Positions 10,847-19,948 of a DNA stretch of 64,000 nt are shown piece after piece. Below the pieces are notes generated by a model. That model saw nothing but the letters and a program-made list of their open reading frames with translations, ran no database searches and was not told the origin of the DNA. The position numbers and the translations under genes were made by a program. Source of the DNA: a bacterium (GTDB taxonomy: Bacteria; Myxococcota_A; Bradymonadia; REDH01); the NCBI GenBank assembly GCA_030427825.1, contig JAUICO010000007.1, positions 417 through 64,416 of the forward strand. Reading direction: 5' to 3'. Positions within the stretch are counted from its first letter, which is position 1; each line of letters starts with the position of its first letter.

Positions 10847-11182
10847 ATGAAGCGCAAGCTCGCAGCCATCAGCACCTTCCTTTTCACCTTTCTCTACTCC
10901 GCCATCGCGTTCGCACAGGACCATGGTGAGCACGCTGCAGAAGCTGCTTCCAGCGGTCGTGGCCTCGTCGCTCTGAGCGCCGGCCTCGCCATCGGCATCG
11001 CAGCAGCAGGCGGCGCAGCCGGTCAGGGTCGCGCAGCAGCAGCGGCTCTCGAAGGCATCAGCCGTAACCCCGGCGCGGCCGGTAAGGTGCAGACGCCGAT
11101 GATCCTCGCGCTCGCCTTCATGGAGTCGCTTGTCATCTTCGCATTCATCGTCGCTTTCGTCGCACTCGCCGGTAAGGTCTGA
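10847..11182 (+). CDS. atpE: F0F1 ATP synthase subunit c with N-terminal signal-like extension
   Basis: GLAIGIAAAGGAAGQG, RNP loop, AFMESL carboxylate; GGAGG RBS before ATG 10847. Confidence 0.95.
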   Translation: MKRKLAAISTFLFTFLYSAIAFAQDHGEHAAEAASSGRGLVALSAGLAIGIAAAGGAAGQGRAAAAALEGISRNPGAAGKVQTPMILALAFMESLVIFAFIVAFVALAGKV

Positions 11183-11208
11183 GTCGAACGAAGCGCTGAA
11201 GCGCGGTC

Positions 11209-11248
11209 GGGAGCGGATCTGCAAAGATCGGCTCCCTTCTTCGTTTTT
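11209..11248 (+). terminator. Intrinsic terminator after atpE
   Basis: GGGAGCGGATCT-gcaa-AGATCGGCTCCC hairpin followed by TTCTTCGTTTTT. Confidence 0.75.
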
Positions 11249-11296
11249 GGGGTCTCGATCCGGGCGCGAAGATCGGCTCCTGCGGGTGCCCGCAGA

Positions 11297-12331
11297 TCAG
11301 CTGCGTCGACGAACGAAGTCCACGGCGCAACGGTACGCGTACAGAAAGCTGTCCGGGCGCGCCATTCCGGTGCCGGCAATGTCGTAGGCGGTTCCATGAT
11401 CCACGCTGGTGCGGATGATCGGCAAGCCCAGGGTGATGTTCGCTGCGCTGCCAAAGTGAACTGACTTCAACGGTGCGAGTCCCTGGTCGTGGTACATCGC
11501 GATGATGCCATCCGTACGGCGTACGCCGTTGGCGACCAGAGGAAAGAGTGTGTCCGCCGGCCAGGGCCCGTCAGCGTCGATTCCAAGCGCACGAAGGCTC
11601 TCGATGGCCGGGGCGATGACGCGGGCCTCTTCGTCGCCGATTACGCCGCCTTCGCCGGCGTGAGGGTTCAGGCCACACACAGAGATGCGGGGCTGAGCGA
11701 TACCGTAGAGATCGCGGAGGCCGTCGGCCAGGGCCTGCCCGGTTGCGACGATGCCCTCAGAGTGTAGGCGGCCCGTCACCTGCGACAGGGGCACGTGCAC
11801 GGTCGCCAACGCCACGCGTAACACGTCGCCGGCAAGCAGCATCGTTGGGGTGTGCACGCCGCACTCCTGTGCGAGCACTTCGGTGTGGCCGGTCGGTGGA
11901 AGGTCCGCGTCGGCGAGCCTCGCCTTGTGCCAGGGCAGCGTCACGATGGCAGCACACCGTCCTGCACGGGTGTCGGCGACGGCTCGGACCAGCGCATGGT
12001 ACTGAATCGCTCCAAAAGCGGGCACTGCTCGGCCCCACGGGTATTCGCCGCCCGTCACGATGTCTCCGAGCACCTTGTCGCTGTCTGCTTCGACGTCGAT
12101 CACCCGTATCGCATCGTCGCCATCCGGCGTGCCGTCAGCGGCAACGATCGCAGGCGCCGACAAGATCACCTCGCGCGCAACCAGGTCAGCGGCCGCCGCT
12201 CGCAGCGCTCGGATCGAGCCGTAGGCGACGAAGGGGTGCAGCTCAGCAAGCTCTCGCCAGGTGCGGAGCAGCAGCTCCGGTCCAACGCCGGCGTAGTCCC
12301 CGACCGTTATCCCGATGGTCGGCGTCATCAC
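11297..12331 (-). CDS. pdxA: 4-hydroxythreonine-4-phosphate dehydrogenase
   Basis: GDYAGVGPE, GHTE, GLNPHAGE, AMYHDQGL, RTSVDHGTAYDIAG. Confidence 0.96.
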   Translation of the reverse strand: MMTPTIGITVGDYAGVGPELLLRTWRELAELHPFVAYGSIRALRAAAADLVAREVILSAPAIVAADGTPDGDDAIRVIDVEADSDKVLGDIVTGGEYPWGRAVPAFGAIQYHALVRAVADTRAGRCAAIVTLPWHKARLADADLPPTGHTEVLAQECGVHTPTMLLAGDVLRVALATVHVPLSQVTGRLHSEGIVATGQALADGLRDLYGIAQPRISVCGLNPHAGEGGVIGDEEARVIAPAIESLRALGIDADGPWPADTLFPLVANGVRRTDGIIAMYHDQGLAPLKSVHFGSAANITLGLPIIRTSVDHGTAYDIAGTGMARPDSFLYAYRCAVDFVRRRS

Positions 12332-12336
12332 ATCAC

Positions 12337-13341
12337 TCAGCGAAGATCAAACTCGGTGACCAGAATCTCGACGAAGGCGTCCTGGCGAAAGCGGTTGAGG
12401 TACAGGGCTTCCTGCCTGCGGGCCTCCGCTTCTTCGAGCTCGTACGCCACCATATCGCGAATGCGGGCCGCGTCGCCCACCGCCCGACGCTCGAGGTTGT
12501 CGAGACGGATCAGGTGCACGCCGAAGGGAGTGCGCACCGGCTCGCTGATGGTCCCAATCTCCAACGCCATCGCTTCACGAGTGTAGGTGGAATCGAGCTC
12601 GCCCACCGCAAAGGTACCGATACGGCCGCCGGTGTTGGCGCTCGCGTCCGGGTTGTTGGCGGACGCGATGTCTTCGAAGGTGCTCGTGCCGGCGGCGATC
12701 TCTGCGCGCCAGGTGGCGATCTGCGCCGTCGCTGCGTCGACCACCTCGGCCGGAGCACCCGCGGGCACCAGAACGAGGATGTGACTGGTTGTAATGTAGG
12801 TATCCTCAAGGCCGTCGGGGTAGCGCTCTGCCATCACCCGCTCGACCTCCTCATCGCTGATGTTGACGCTTCCCATCACCTCGGAGCGAATCATCTGGAT
12901 ACGAACCAGGTGCATCGCCATGAACTCGCGATAGTCGTCGAAGTTCACGCCCTCAGAGGCGAGGGCCTCCGAAAACTGCTGCCGAGTCATGCCCAGCGTC
13001 TCGATGTAGTTGTCCAGGTAGGCGTCGACCTCGGCGTCGCTCATACCCATCTGCTGCTCGCGGGCGTTTTCGACGACAAGCTTCGAGTCCACGAGGTAAT
13101 TGGCGATGTCGTTTGCCAGGCGGTTTCGCCCGTCGACGGTCTGCAGCGACGCGGTGTCCACCGTACCGATGATCTGCAGGTAGATCGGCACGAAACGAAT
13201 CACGTCGCTCAGAGTCACGATGTCTTCGTTTACGCGCGCGACGATGCGATCGACGACCACCGGCTCATCGTCCTGAGCGAAGGCAGGCGCCAGGGTACCC
13301 AGCACCGCCGCCACTACGATTCCGCAAATCACTCTCTTCAA
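12337..13341 (-). CDS. surA: SurA-like periplasmic peptidyl-prolyl isomerase/chaperone
   Basis: Signal peptide (AFA), VDRIVARVN..IVT, parvulin domain (SHILV, GGRIG, SEPVRTPFGVHLI); surA-pdxA synteny; TTG start with GAGGAG RBS. Confidence 0.85.
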   Translation of the reverse strand: MKRVICGIVVAAVLGTLAPAFAQDDEPVVVDRIVARVNEDIVTLSDVIRFVPIYLQIIGTVDTASLQTVDGRNRLANDIANYLVDSKLVVENAREQQMGMSDAEVDAYLDNYIETLGMTRQQFSEALASEGVNFDDYREFMAMHLVRIQMIRSEVMGSVNISDEEVERVMAERYPDGLEDTYITTSHILVLVPAGAPAEVVDAATAQIATWRAEIAAGTSTFEDIASANNPDASANTGGRIGTFAVGELDSTYTREAMALEIGTISEPVRTPFGVHLIRLDNLERRAVGDAARIRDMVAYELEEAEARRQEALYLNRFRQDAFVEILVTEFDLR

Positions 13342-13413
13342 CGCACTCTCCTCATCAGGCCGAAGCGCATACATCACAGCGGCCGACGATGAGCAACGTA
13401 TTAGGTGCGGCTG

Positions 13414-15333
13414 CTATTCGATGGGAGGCGCTTCGTCGGACCAGGCGCTGACCCAGGCGCCGTGGGCCTGCACGGCGTCGAGGAAGCTCGCGTAGAAGGG
13501 GTGGGCGCCGATGGTGCCGCTGTCGCCGATGACGATCAGCTGCGCCTGCGCCCGGGTCAGCGCGACATTCATGCGACGAACGTCCGTCAGGAAGCCCAGC
13601 GCCTGCTCGTCATTACTTCGCACGAGATCGACAAGCACCGCCGGGCTTTCCTGGCCCTGAAAGCCGTCGATCGACGAGACCCGAAGCCCCTCCGCGATCT
13701 CGTCTGTGAGCCATCGCGACAGGAGCTGCGCCTGTGCATCGTAGGGTGTGATGACGGCGACCTGTTCGGCGTTGAATCCTCTGCTGATAAGGCGCCTGGC
13801 CTCCGCAACTGTGCGGCGTCCCTGCTCGGGGTTGGCGGTTGAGGGGTCGTCAGCGTCGCGCACCTCGCCCCAACCCTTGCCCGCGGCGTCGATGAATACG
13901 AGTGGAGAGGGGCGCAGGGGGTCCTCGCCGGCGCCGAAACATGCCGCGCCGCGCGCTGCCACGGAGGCGTGTGCCTCGAGTTGTCCACCGTACATCGATG
14001 TGCTGGGGAATCGCATGATGTCTTCGTGCATCCGGTACTGTTCCCGGAGCATTGTGGACGGAGCGCCGCGCTCGATCAGCCGCTCGAAGATGGTGACGCC
14101 GAGGCCACCGCTTTCAGCTGCGGGGCTGAGCACCGTAGGCGGCAGCTGCTGGGGATCACCGGCGAGAACCACATGGGATGCGCGGGCGAGTACACCGAGG
14201 GCGATGGGGTCGACGAGCTGTGTCGCTTCGTCGATGACGACGACATCAAAGGGTTCGTCGTCGAGCAGTCGAGCGCCGGCGCCGGTGGCGGTTGCACATA
14301 CCAGTTGGGCTTCGCTGAGCACACGAGCGCGGGCCTGCGCGATGTATCGCCTGGCGTCGCGGGACAGCTCGCGGGCTTCGTCCCGGCGGCCACGATACTC
14401 GCGCCACTCGTCGGGATTCGACGGTCGCATCGCGGACACCCGCTTTCGCAGCTTGCGAGATTCTGCGTACCATTTCTGTGCGAGCGCCCACTCTTCGCTC
14501 TGCTCAAGAAGTGCATCGAGAGTTCGGTCCTCGAGCTCCGGTGCGACGCGAGCAGGGCTGCCGATACGCACCGGGAGCACACCGGTTTCGGCGCAGCGAA
14601 TGGCAACGTTGTCGACCGCCGCGTTGCTGGACGCGGTAGCCAGGACCCGTTGGCCGCGAGCCACGCACTGCCTGATCAACTCCACGACTGTGCGTGTCTT
14701 TCCGGTGCCCGGCGGACCGTGAATCAGCGCGAAGGGCGTCGTCACCAGGGCGAGGGCTACCGCAGCCCGCTGCAGCTCATTCAATCCGGCATCGAAGGGC
14801 ACGAGCTCGCCGAGGTCTGCGGCGGCCGATTCGGGCGCCACGAGGGCGCTCTTCATGGAAGCGACGGGCTCGGTGGTGCCGCTGCGCCTCCACATCGTGA
14901 TCGCCGCCGCGCCGCGCCTGTAGGTGGTCTCGCTTTCTTCGCGGTCGAGGCGAAATCCGGACACCTCAAGACGTTCTGCATCATCGGCAGCGACGTGAAT
15001 ACGTAGCGAGGTACGTCCGCGGCGGGCGACGGTGCCTGTGACCCGGTCCGCCTCGTCCGGGTCCTTCCACCACAGACGTACCGGGGCTCCGCGATCAATG
15101 CGCAGCGAGGCCAGGGAGTCGTTCTGGCGCGCGGTGATCTCGACTGCGATGCGGTCGCCGGGGGTTGTGTGCCAGCGCAGGACCTCCAGGTCGCGGAGGG
15201 CCACACCCCGGCGGATGCGTTCCGGTAGCGAGAGTTCTCGTCGTTCTGCCGCGAGTCGTTCGCGTTCCTCGGTGCGCTCGGTGCGCCAGAGATCTCCCAG
15301 GCGGGACAGCCACTGTTCAAACTCGTCAGCCAT
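13414..15333 (-). CDS. Upf1/IGHMBP2-like superfamily 1 helicase
   Basis: LNELQ Q-motif, HGPPGTGKT, DEATQ, GDPQQLPP, QYRM, ITPY, DGFQGQE, RRMNVALTRA. Confidence 0.92.
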   Translation of the reverse strand: MADEFEQWLSRLGDLWRTERTEERERLAAERRELSLPERIRRGVALRDLEVLRWHTTPGDRIAVEITARQNDSLASLRIDRGAPVRLWWKDPDEADRVTGTVARRGRTSLRIHVAADDAERLEVSGFRLDREESETTYRRGAAAITMWRRSGTTEPVASMKSALVAPESAAADLGELVPFDAGLNELQRAAVALALVTTPFALIHGPPGTGKTRTVVELIRQCVARGQRVLATASSNAAVDNVAIRCAETGVLPVRIGSPARVAPELEDRTLDALLEQSEEWALAQKWYAESRKLRKRVSAMRPSNPDEWREYRGRRDEARELSRDARRYIAQARARVLSEAQLVCATATGAGARLLDDEPFDVVVIDEATQLVDPIALGVLARASHVVLAGDPQQLPPTVLSPAAESGGLGVTIFERLIERGAPSTMLREQYRMHEDIMRFPSTSMYGGQLEAHASVAARGAACFGAGEDPLRPSPLVFIDAAGKGWGEVRDADDPSTANPEQGRRTVAEARRLISRGFNAEQVAVITPYDAQAQLLSRWLTDEIAEGLRVSSIDGFQGQESPAVLVDLVRSNDEQALGFLTDVRRMNVALTRAQAQLIVIGDSGTIGAHPFYASFLDAVQAHGAWVSAWSDEAPPIE

Positions 15334-15373
15334 CGGTCCCGTCAGCTGTCATGGAATGCCTGTGCTGAGATGC

Positions 15374-15982
15374 TCAGTCCTTCACGACCGTGGCGCCAAT
15401 GCCCAGCCCCAGCTGGAAGAAGGCTGCGATCAGCGCGAGCGTAAAGCCACCACGCCGGTCCGTATCCAACTCGACGCTGCCGGCCATGGGGTTGAAGTCC
15501 ATGCCCGAGTCCCCGGTCTCGGCCATGCCCGCCTGTATCTCTTCGTTCTGCTCTTCGACGAACTTGTCCACGGGTAGCTTGCCGAAGAAGGCGATCAGCA
15601 GCACCACCAGCGCTACGCCGGATAAGCCCGCCGCGATCGGTGCCGTCTTCGCGCCGCCCATGATCGTGAAGCCGAGAAGTGCCGCAAGTCCGACCGCGAA
15701 AATCGGGATCAGAAGGAAGAGCGCGCCTGACATGCGTTCGACCTCAGACTCTTCCTCCTCCGCTTCCCCGGCGGCGGTTCCGCCCATGCCTTCGCCGAGT
15801 CCGCCCATGGGGGAGTCTCCCATGGCGTCGCTCATGTCCATCTCGCTGCCGAACACAACGCCCAGCCCTTTCTGGTGCCCCAGATCCCGCCCGCCGCAGG
15901 TAATCGCAACCCATGGCATGAACAGTGAGATGAGGAACAGAACGCCCATACCCGATATGCCACCGCCAAAGATCTTCTTCAT
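15374..15982 (-). CDS. Hypothetical membrane protein
   Basis: Four hydrophobic segments, FMPWVAITCGG motif, GGGAG RBS. Confidence 0.7.
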   Translation of the reverse strand: MKKIFGGGISGMGVLFLISLFMPWVAITCGGRDLGHQKGLGVVFGSEMDMSDAMGDSPMGGLGEGMGGTAAGEAEEEESEVERMSGALFLLIPIFAVGLAALLGFTIMGGAKTAPIAAGLSGVALVVLLIAFFGKLPVDKFVEEQNEEIQAGMAETGDSGMDFNPMAGSVELDTDRRGGFTLALIAAFFQLGLGIGATVVKD

Positions 15983-16306
15983 TACCGCACTCCCAAGTTG
16001 GTCTGGTCTGTCCGCGCGCAGTCAGTCCGGTGTGCACTTACGCATCAGTGTCGGAGTGGCGCTGCCCGCGGTACAGGAACACGTCCGGCTACCTTTGGCC
16101 CAGGTGCGCCCACGAAGTCCAGTGGCACGGCAGGCCTCCGAATCCACGTCGCTGCCCGGAAATACACCGGGACCGGGTCGTCGATTTTTTGCGGAGCTGA
16201 TCGTGTGAGGATATCACTGTCTCGCGCCTCGACCTGCCGCGCGTTGCGGAGCGAAGCGGTGCAGCACCGTGCGCAGCGGTGATTGTCGTCGAAAGGAGAT
16301 TCTCTG

Positions 16307-16990
16307 ATGGACAGCGTTTGGATGGATACGACAGTGTGGGCCGGCCTCGCCGGTGCGACGGCACTCACAGCGAGTTGGGCGACCTCTTACCTGGTTTCGA
16401 CCCGCGAGCGGCGAAAGTGGTCGGCGTACCTCGCCGGCGAGCGCGCCAAATACGCCCGCGAAGGCATTGTCGCGATGCAGGAGCAACACAGCGCCCTCGT
16501 CGCGAAGTATCAGCCCCTGGTAGAAGAGGGCGCGCGCCTTCGCGCTGTGCGAACCTCGCTGCTGACCCGCGTTCAGAAACTGGTCAAGCTGACGGACCAG
16601 CAGTCGCGCGAGCTGCTTTCGATGAACCAGATGGTCAACTCTCTGTGCCGAGAGATGGGCAATCAGGCATCCCTGCTCCATCGCTCACAGCAGGCTGTGC
16701 TGCGAAGCGGCATCGAGATCGGTAAGCTGCGCATGGAAGTCACAGAGGCACACGCCCTGGCAGCGCGGGAGACGGAGAAGATTGTCGACCTGCATGAGCG
16801 GGTGATTTCGTTCATTGACGCGACCGGCATTCATCACGATGACACACAGGACCTGGACGGGCGCCTGGTGTCGATCGAGGCTGCGGTGCGCATGCGTGAG
16901 ATCGAGCTCGAAGATCTGCAGGCAACCAAACAGCGCCTGGAATCCTTCCTCTGTGAAGTCACCGAAATCGACCACGCGATCGCTGTTTGA
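16307..16990 (+). CDS. Hypothetical membrane-anchored coiled-coil protein
   Basis: AAGGAG RBS, N-terminal hydrophobic anchor, helical L/E/Q/R-rich body. Confidence 0.7.
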   Translation: MDSVWMDTTVWAGLAGATALTASWATSYLVSTRERRKWSAYLAGERAKYAREGIVAMQEQHSALVAKYQPLVEEGARLRAVRTSLLTRVQKLVKLTDQQSRELLSMNQMVNSLCREMGNQASLLHRSQQAVLRSGIEIGKLRMEVTEAHALAARETEKIVDLHERVISFIDATGIHHDDTQDLDGRLVSIEAAVRMREIELEDLQATKQRLESFLCEVTEIDHAIAV

Positions 16991-17041
16991 GCCGGTTGGC
17001 GCTGCCGGCGGCTTGTCCCGCCCTACCGACAAGCGATTCGC

Positions 17042-18721
17042 TTAGCCGACCTGCGGCAACGAACGCTCGATAATCGCGTCGAAGTCGACGTCGCGGCCCA
17101 GCGTTCCGTAGGCTCGTCCACGCTCACCGACGAGTCGCGAAGCGACGAACGCGTCTGAGACGGCCGCCGGCGCGTGGCGAACCAGCAGCGACGCCTGCAG
17201 GCCGGTGGCGAGCTCTTCGACCACACGGCGGGCGCGGAGCTCGAGATCACTCGGGTCTGAGAGCCTGTCCTTGAGCGCGTCGAGCCAGCCGTCGTAACGG
17301 GCGTCTCCGCCGCGGGCCTCGTCGAGCTCTGCAACAAACAGGGAGAGTGTTTCGGGATCGCGTTGCGCGGCGCGAAGCACATCCAAACACTGCACGTTTC
17401 CTGAGCCCTCCCAGATCGAGTTCAGCGGAGACTCGCGGAAGAGGCGCGCTATTGGTGCTTCTTCGACGTACCCGTTGCCGCCATGGCACTCCATCGCTTC
17501 GCGAGCAACGTCAGTCTCCTTCTTCGTCACCTGGTACTTGGCGATCGCGGTCGCGATGCGCGCAAATCGCGCCGCGTCCTCACTGTGCTGTGCGGCGTCA
17601 AAGGCGGCTGCGAGGCGGAAGCCGGCTGCGGTGGCGGCCTCGGATTCCAGGCAGAGGTCAGCGAGCACGTTCTTCATGAGCGGCTGTTCGATGAGCCGCC
17701 GCCCGAAGGCGTACCGATATGCGGTGTGGTGACAGGCTTCTGCCACACATCGGCGAATCAGAGACGCAGCGCCGAGTGTACAGTCGAGGCGCGTATGGCG
17801 CACCATCTCGATGATGGTAGCAACGCCGCGGCCTTCTTCTCCGACCATCTGCGCCCACGTGTCATCGAAGACGATTTCGCTGGATGCGTTGGAACGGTTG
17901 CCGAGTTTGCTCTTGAGGCGCTGAATCTGAAAGGGGTTACGCTCATCGTCCGGCGTGAAGCGAGGCACGAGAAAGCACGAGAGCCCGCCTTCGCTCTGCG
18001 CGAGCACGAGAAAGGCGTCGCACATCGGCGCCGAACAGAACCACTTGTGTCCCCGAAGCAGGTATTCGTTGCCCGGGCCGCGTGTGCCGATGGCCCGCGC
18101 CCGGGTGGTGTTTGCGCGTACGTCAGACCCGCCCTGTCTCTCTGTCATCGCCATGCCGAAGAGGACCCCGGTCTTCTGATGAGCGGGGATGAGGCGAGGG
18201 TCGTACTGGCGGGACATGGCCCGCGGCTCCCATACGGAGGCGATCTCGGGCTGGATACGTAGTGAGGGCACGACAGCAAAGGTCATCGTGACCGGGCAGC
18301 TGGTTCCCTGCTCTACCTGATGCTTGAGGTGACTCATGGCGGCGCGGCGAACGTGCGCCCCTGAGTCCGCTGATGTCCACGGCGTTGAGTGAATCCCGGC
18401 TTCGATGGACAGGGACATAAGCCGGTGCCAGCTCTCGTGAAACTCTACCTCGTCGATGCGGTGGCCGAAGCGATCGTAGGTCCGCAGCTCGGGTTCGTAC
18501 CTGTTCGCCAGCTCGCCCAGCCGTAGCACCTCAGCTCGGCCGAGGCGGGCTCCGTAGGAGAGGGTTTCGGTGTCGGCCTGTGCGCCGCTGTTGTCGTCGC
18601 AATAGAGCGCCAGCGCATCGCGAGCCGGCCGGTCGAATTCCCAGAGGTTGTAGTCCTCGAGGGGTGGCGGCTGGTTTTGAACGTCGAAGGGGTCGTTGGC
18701 GGCGAAGTCGCGTGCCTTCAT
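17042..18721 (-). CDS. AidB-like acyl-CoA dehydrogenase
   Basis: VQNQPPPLEDYNL, CPVTMTFA, GMAMTERQGGSDV, GHKWFCSAPMCD, KLGNRSNASSE, ECHGGNGYVEE, IWEGSGN; GAGGAGCAGGAG RBS. Confidence 0.92.
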   Translation of the reverse strand: MKARDFAANDPFDVQNQPPPLEDYNLWEFDRPARDALALYCDDNSGAQADTETLSYGARLGRAEVLRLGELANRYEPELRTYDRFGHRIDEVEFHESWHRLMSLSIEAGIHSTPWTSADSGAHVRRAAMSHLKHQVEQGTSCPVTMTFAVVPSLRIQPEIASVWEPRAMSRQYDPRLIPAHQKTGVLFGMAMTERQGGSDVRANTTRARAIGTRGPGNEYLLRGHKWFCSAPMCDAFLVLAQSEGGLSCFLVPRFTPDDERNPFQIQRLKSKLGNRSNASSEIVFDDTWAQMVGEEGRGVATIIEMVRHTRLDCTLGAASLIRRCVAEACHHTAYRYAFGRRLIEQPLMKNVLADLCLESEAATAAGFRLAAAFDAAQHSEDAARFARIATAIAKYQVTKKETDVAREAMECHGGNGYVEEAPIARLFRESPLNSIWEGSGNVQCLDVLRAAQRDPETLSLFVAELDEARGGDARYDGWLDALKDRLSDPSDLELRARRVVEELATGLQASLLVRHAPAAVSDAFVASRLVGERGRAYGTLGRDVDFDAIIERSLPQVG

Positions 18722-18731
18722 CTCCTGCTCC

Positions 18732-19769
18732 TCAGGTCTGGGGGACGAGGACGAGTCGCCCTCGGATGCCGCCGGCAAGCACCCGCCGCTGTGCGGCGTC
18801 CGCCTCGCGAAGGGGCACCTCTTCGTCGACGAAGAACTCGAACGGCTGCGCCTCGTGCAGCGCCAGCAGGCGGGCGAGGTCGGTGGGCGTGGCGCCGGTG
18901 CTCCCGACGATTCGAATGTCACGAACCACGATACTGCCGAGGTTCACTTCGGCGCGTTTGTCGCTGACATTGCCGACAACCGCGAGGCCACCGCCGATGA
19001 CCGCGGCGCGCAGCGAGGCGTTGAAGGTCGGTTGCCCGACACAGTCGAGGACGACGTCTGCGGCGCCAAAGGGCAGCTTCTTATGAAAGCCGCCACCCTC
19101 ATCGACGATCACATGGTCGGCGCCGGCAGCGAGAACGAACTCTGCGAGCTCCGGGCGGCGGACCACACCGGCGACTTCGCAGCCCATGCGCTTTGCGATC
19201 TGCACACCACCGATGCCGACGCCACCGTTGGCGCCGGTGATGATCACCCGCTGACCGGCCTTGAGGCCGCCGAAGCGATTGAGGGCGCGGTACGCGGTTC
19301 CGAAGGTCGAATTCAGCACGGCCGCGTGTGCCGGCTTCATCGAGGCCGGCACCCGATACAGAGCCCTCGCCGGAGCGGTCATGTAGCGCTGATAGCCGCC
19401 GTCGATTGTGATTCCGAAGACGCGCCCCGCGTTGAGGCAGAGGGAGGTCTCGCCGACTTCGCAGCGCTCACAGCTTCCGCAGGAGTCCCGATGCAGAGTG
19501 CCGACGTGGTCCCCTTTCTTCCAGACGCTCACCTCGTCGCCGGCAGCGATAATCCGGCCCGCCACTTCATGACCCTGCACGATGGGTGTCATCAGGAAAG
19601 GCAGGCGTCCGGCTCGATCGATCAGGTCACGGTACGCCACGCCACAGGCACCGACCTCGACCAACACCTCGTCGGCGCCCGGGGTCGGCAGCTCAATTTC
19701 GAGTTCCTCGTATTCAAGATCCCTGTCCCAACCGGTCTCGATCAGGCGTGCGCGTTGCTGGGTTGCCAT
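18732..19769 (-). CDS. Zn-dependent alcohol dehydrogenase (MDR family)
   Basis: GHE motif, structural Zn CxxCxxC(x7)C, TGANGGVG nucleotide-binding loop. Confidence 0.9.
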   Translation of the reverse strand: MATQQRARLIETGWDRDLEYEELEIELPTPGADEVLVEVGACGVAYRDLIDRAGRLPFLMTPIVQGHEVAGRIIAAGDEVSVWKKGDHVGTLHRDSCGSCERCEVGETSLCLNAGRVFGITIDGGYQRYMTAPARALYRVPASMKPAHAAVLNSTFGTAYRALNRFGGLKAGQRVIITGANGGVGIGGVQIAKRMGCEVAGVVRRPELAEFVLAAGADHVIVDEGGGFHKKLPFGAADVVLDCVGQPTFNASLRAAVIGGGLAVVGNVSDKRAEVNLGSIVVRDIRIVGSTGATPTDLARLLALHEAQPFEFFVDEEVPLREADAAQRRVLAGGIRGRLVLVPQT

Positions 19770-19948
19770 GAGCGTCCTTCTATCGGGAGTGAGCGCGCGG
19801 ATTCTGCGCTGCACGGGGCATTGAGCGTCGGCCGCAGCGGGAAGCGCCGCGGGTCTGCCACGTACGCCTACAACTCGCCCGTGCAGGTTGGCAATCGAGG
19901 CGTTCGCGTGGCAGGATGCGGCTGGTTTGGGATGTGCAGCGGACCTGA

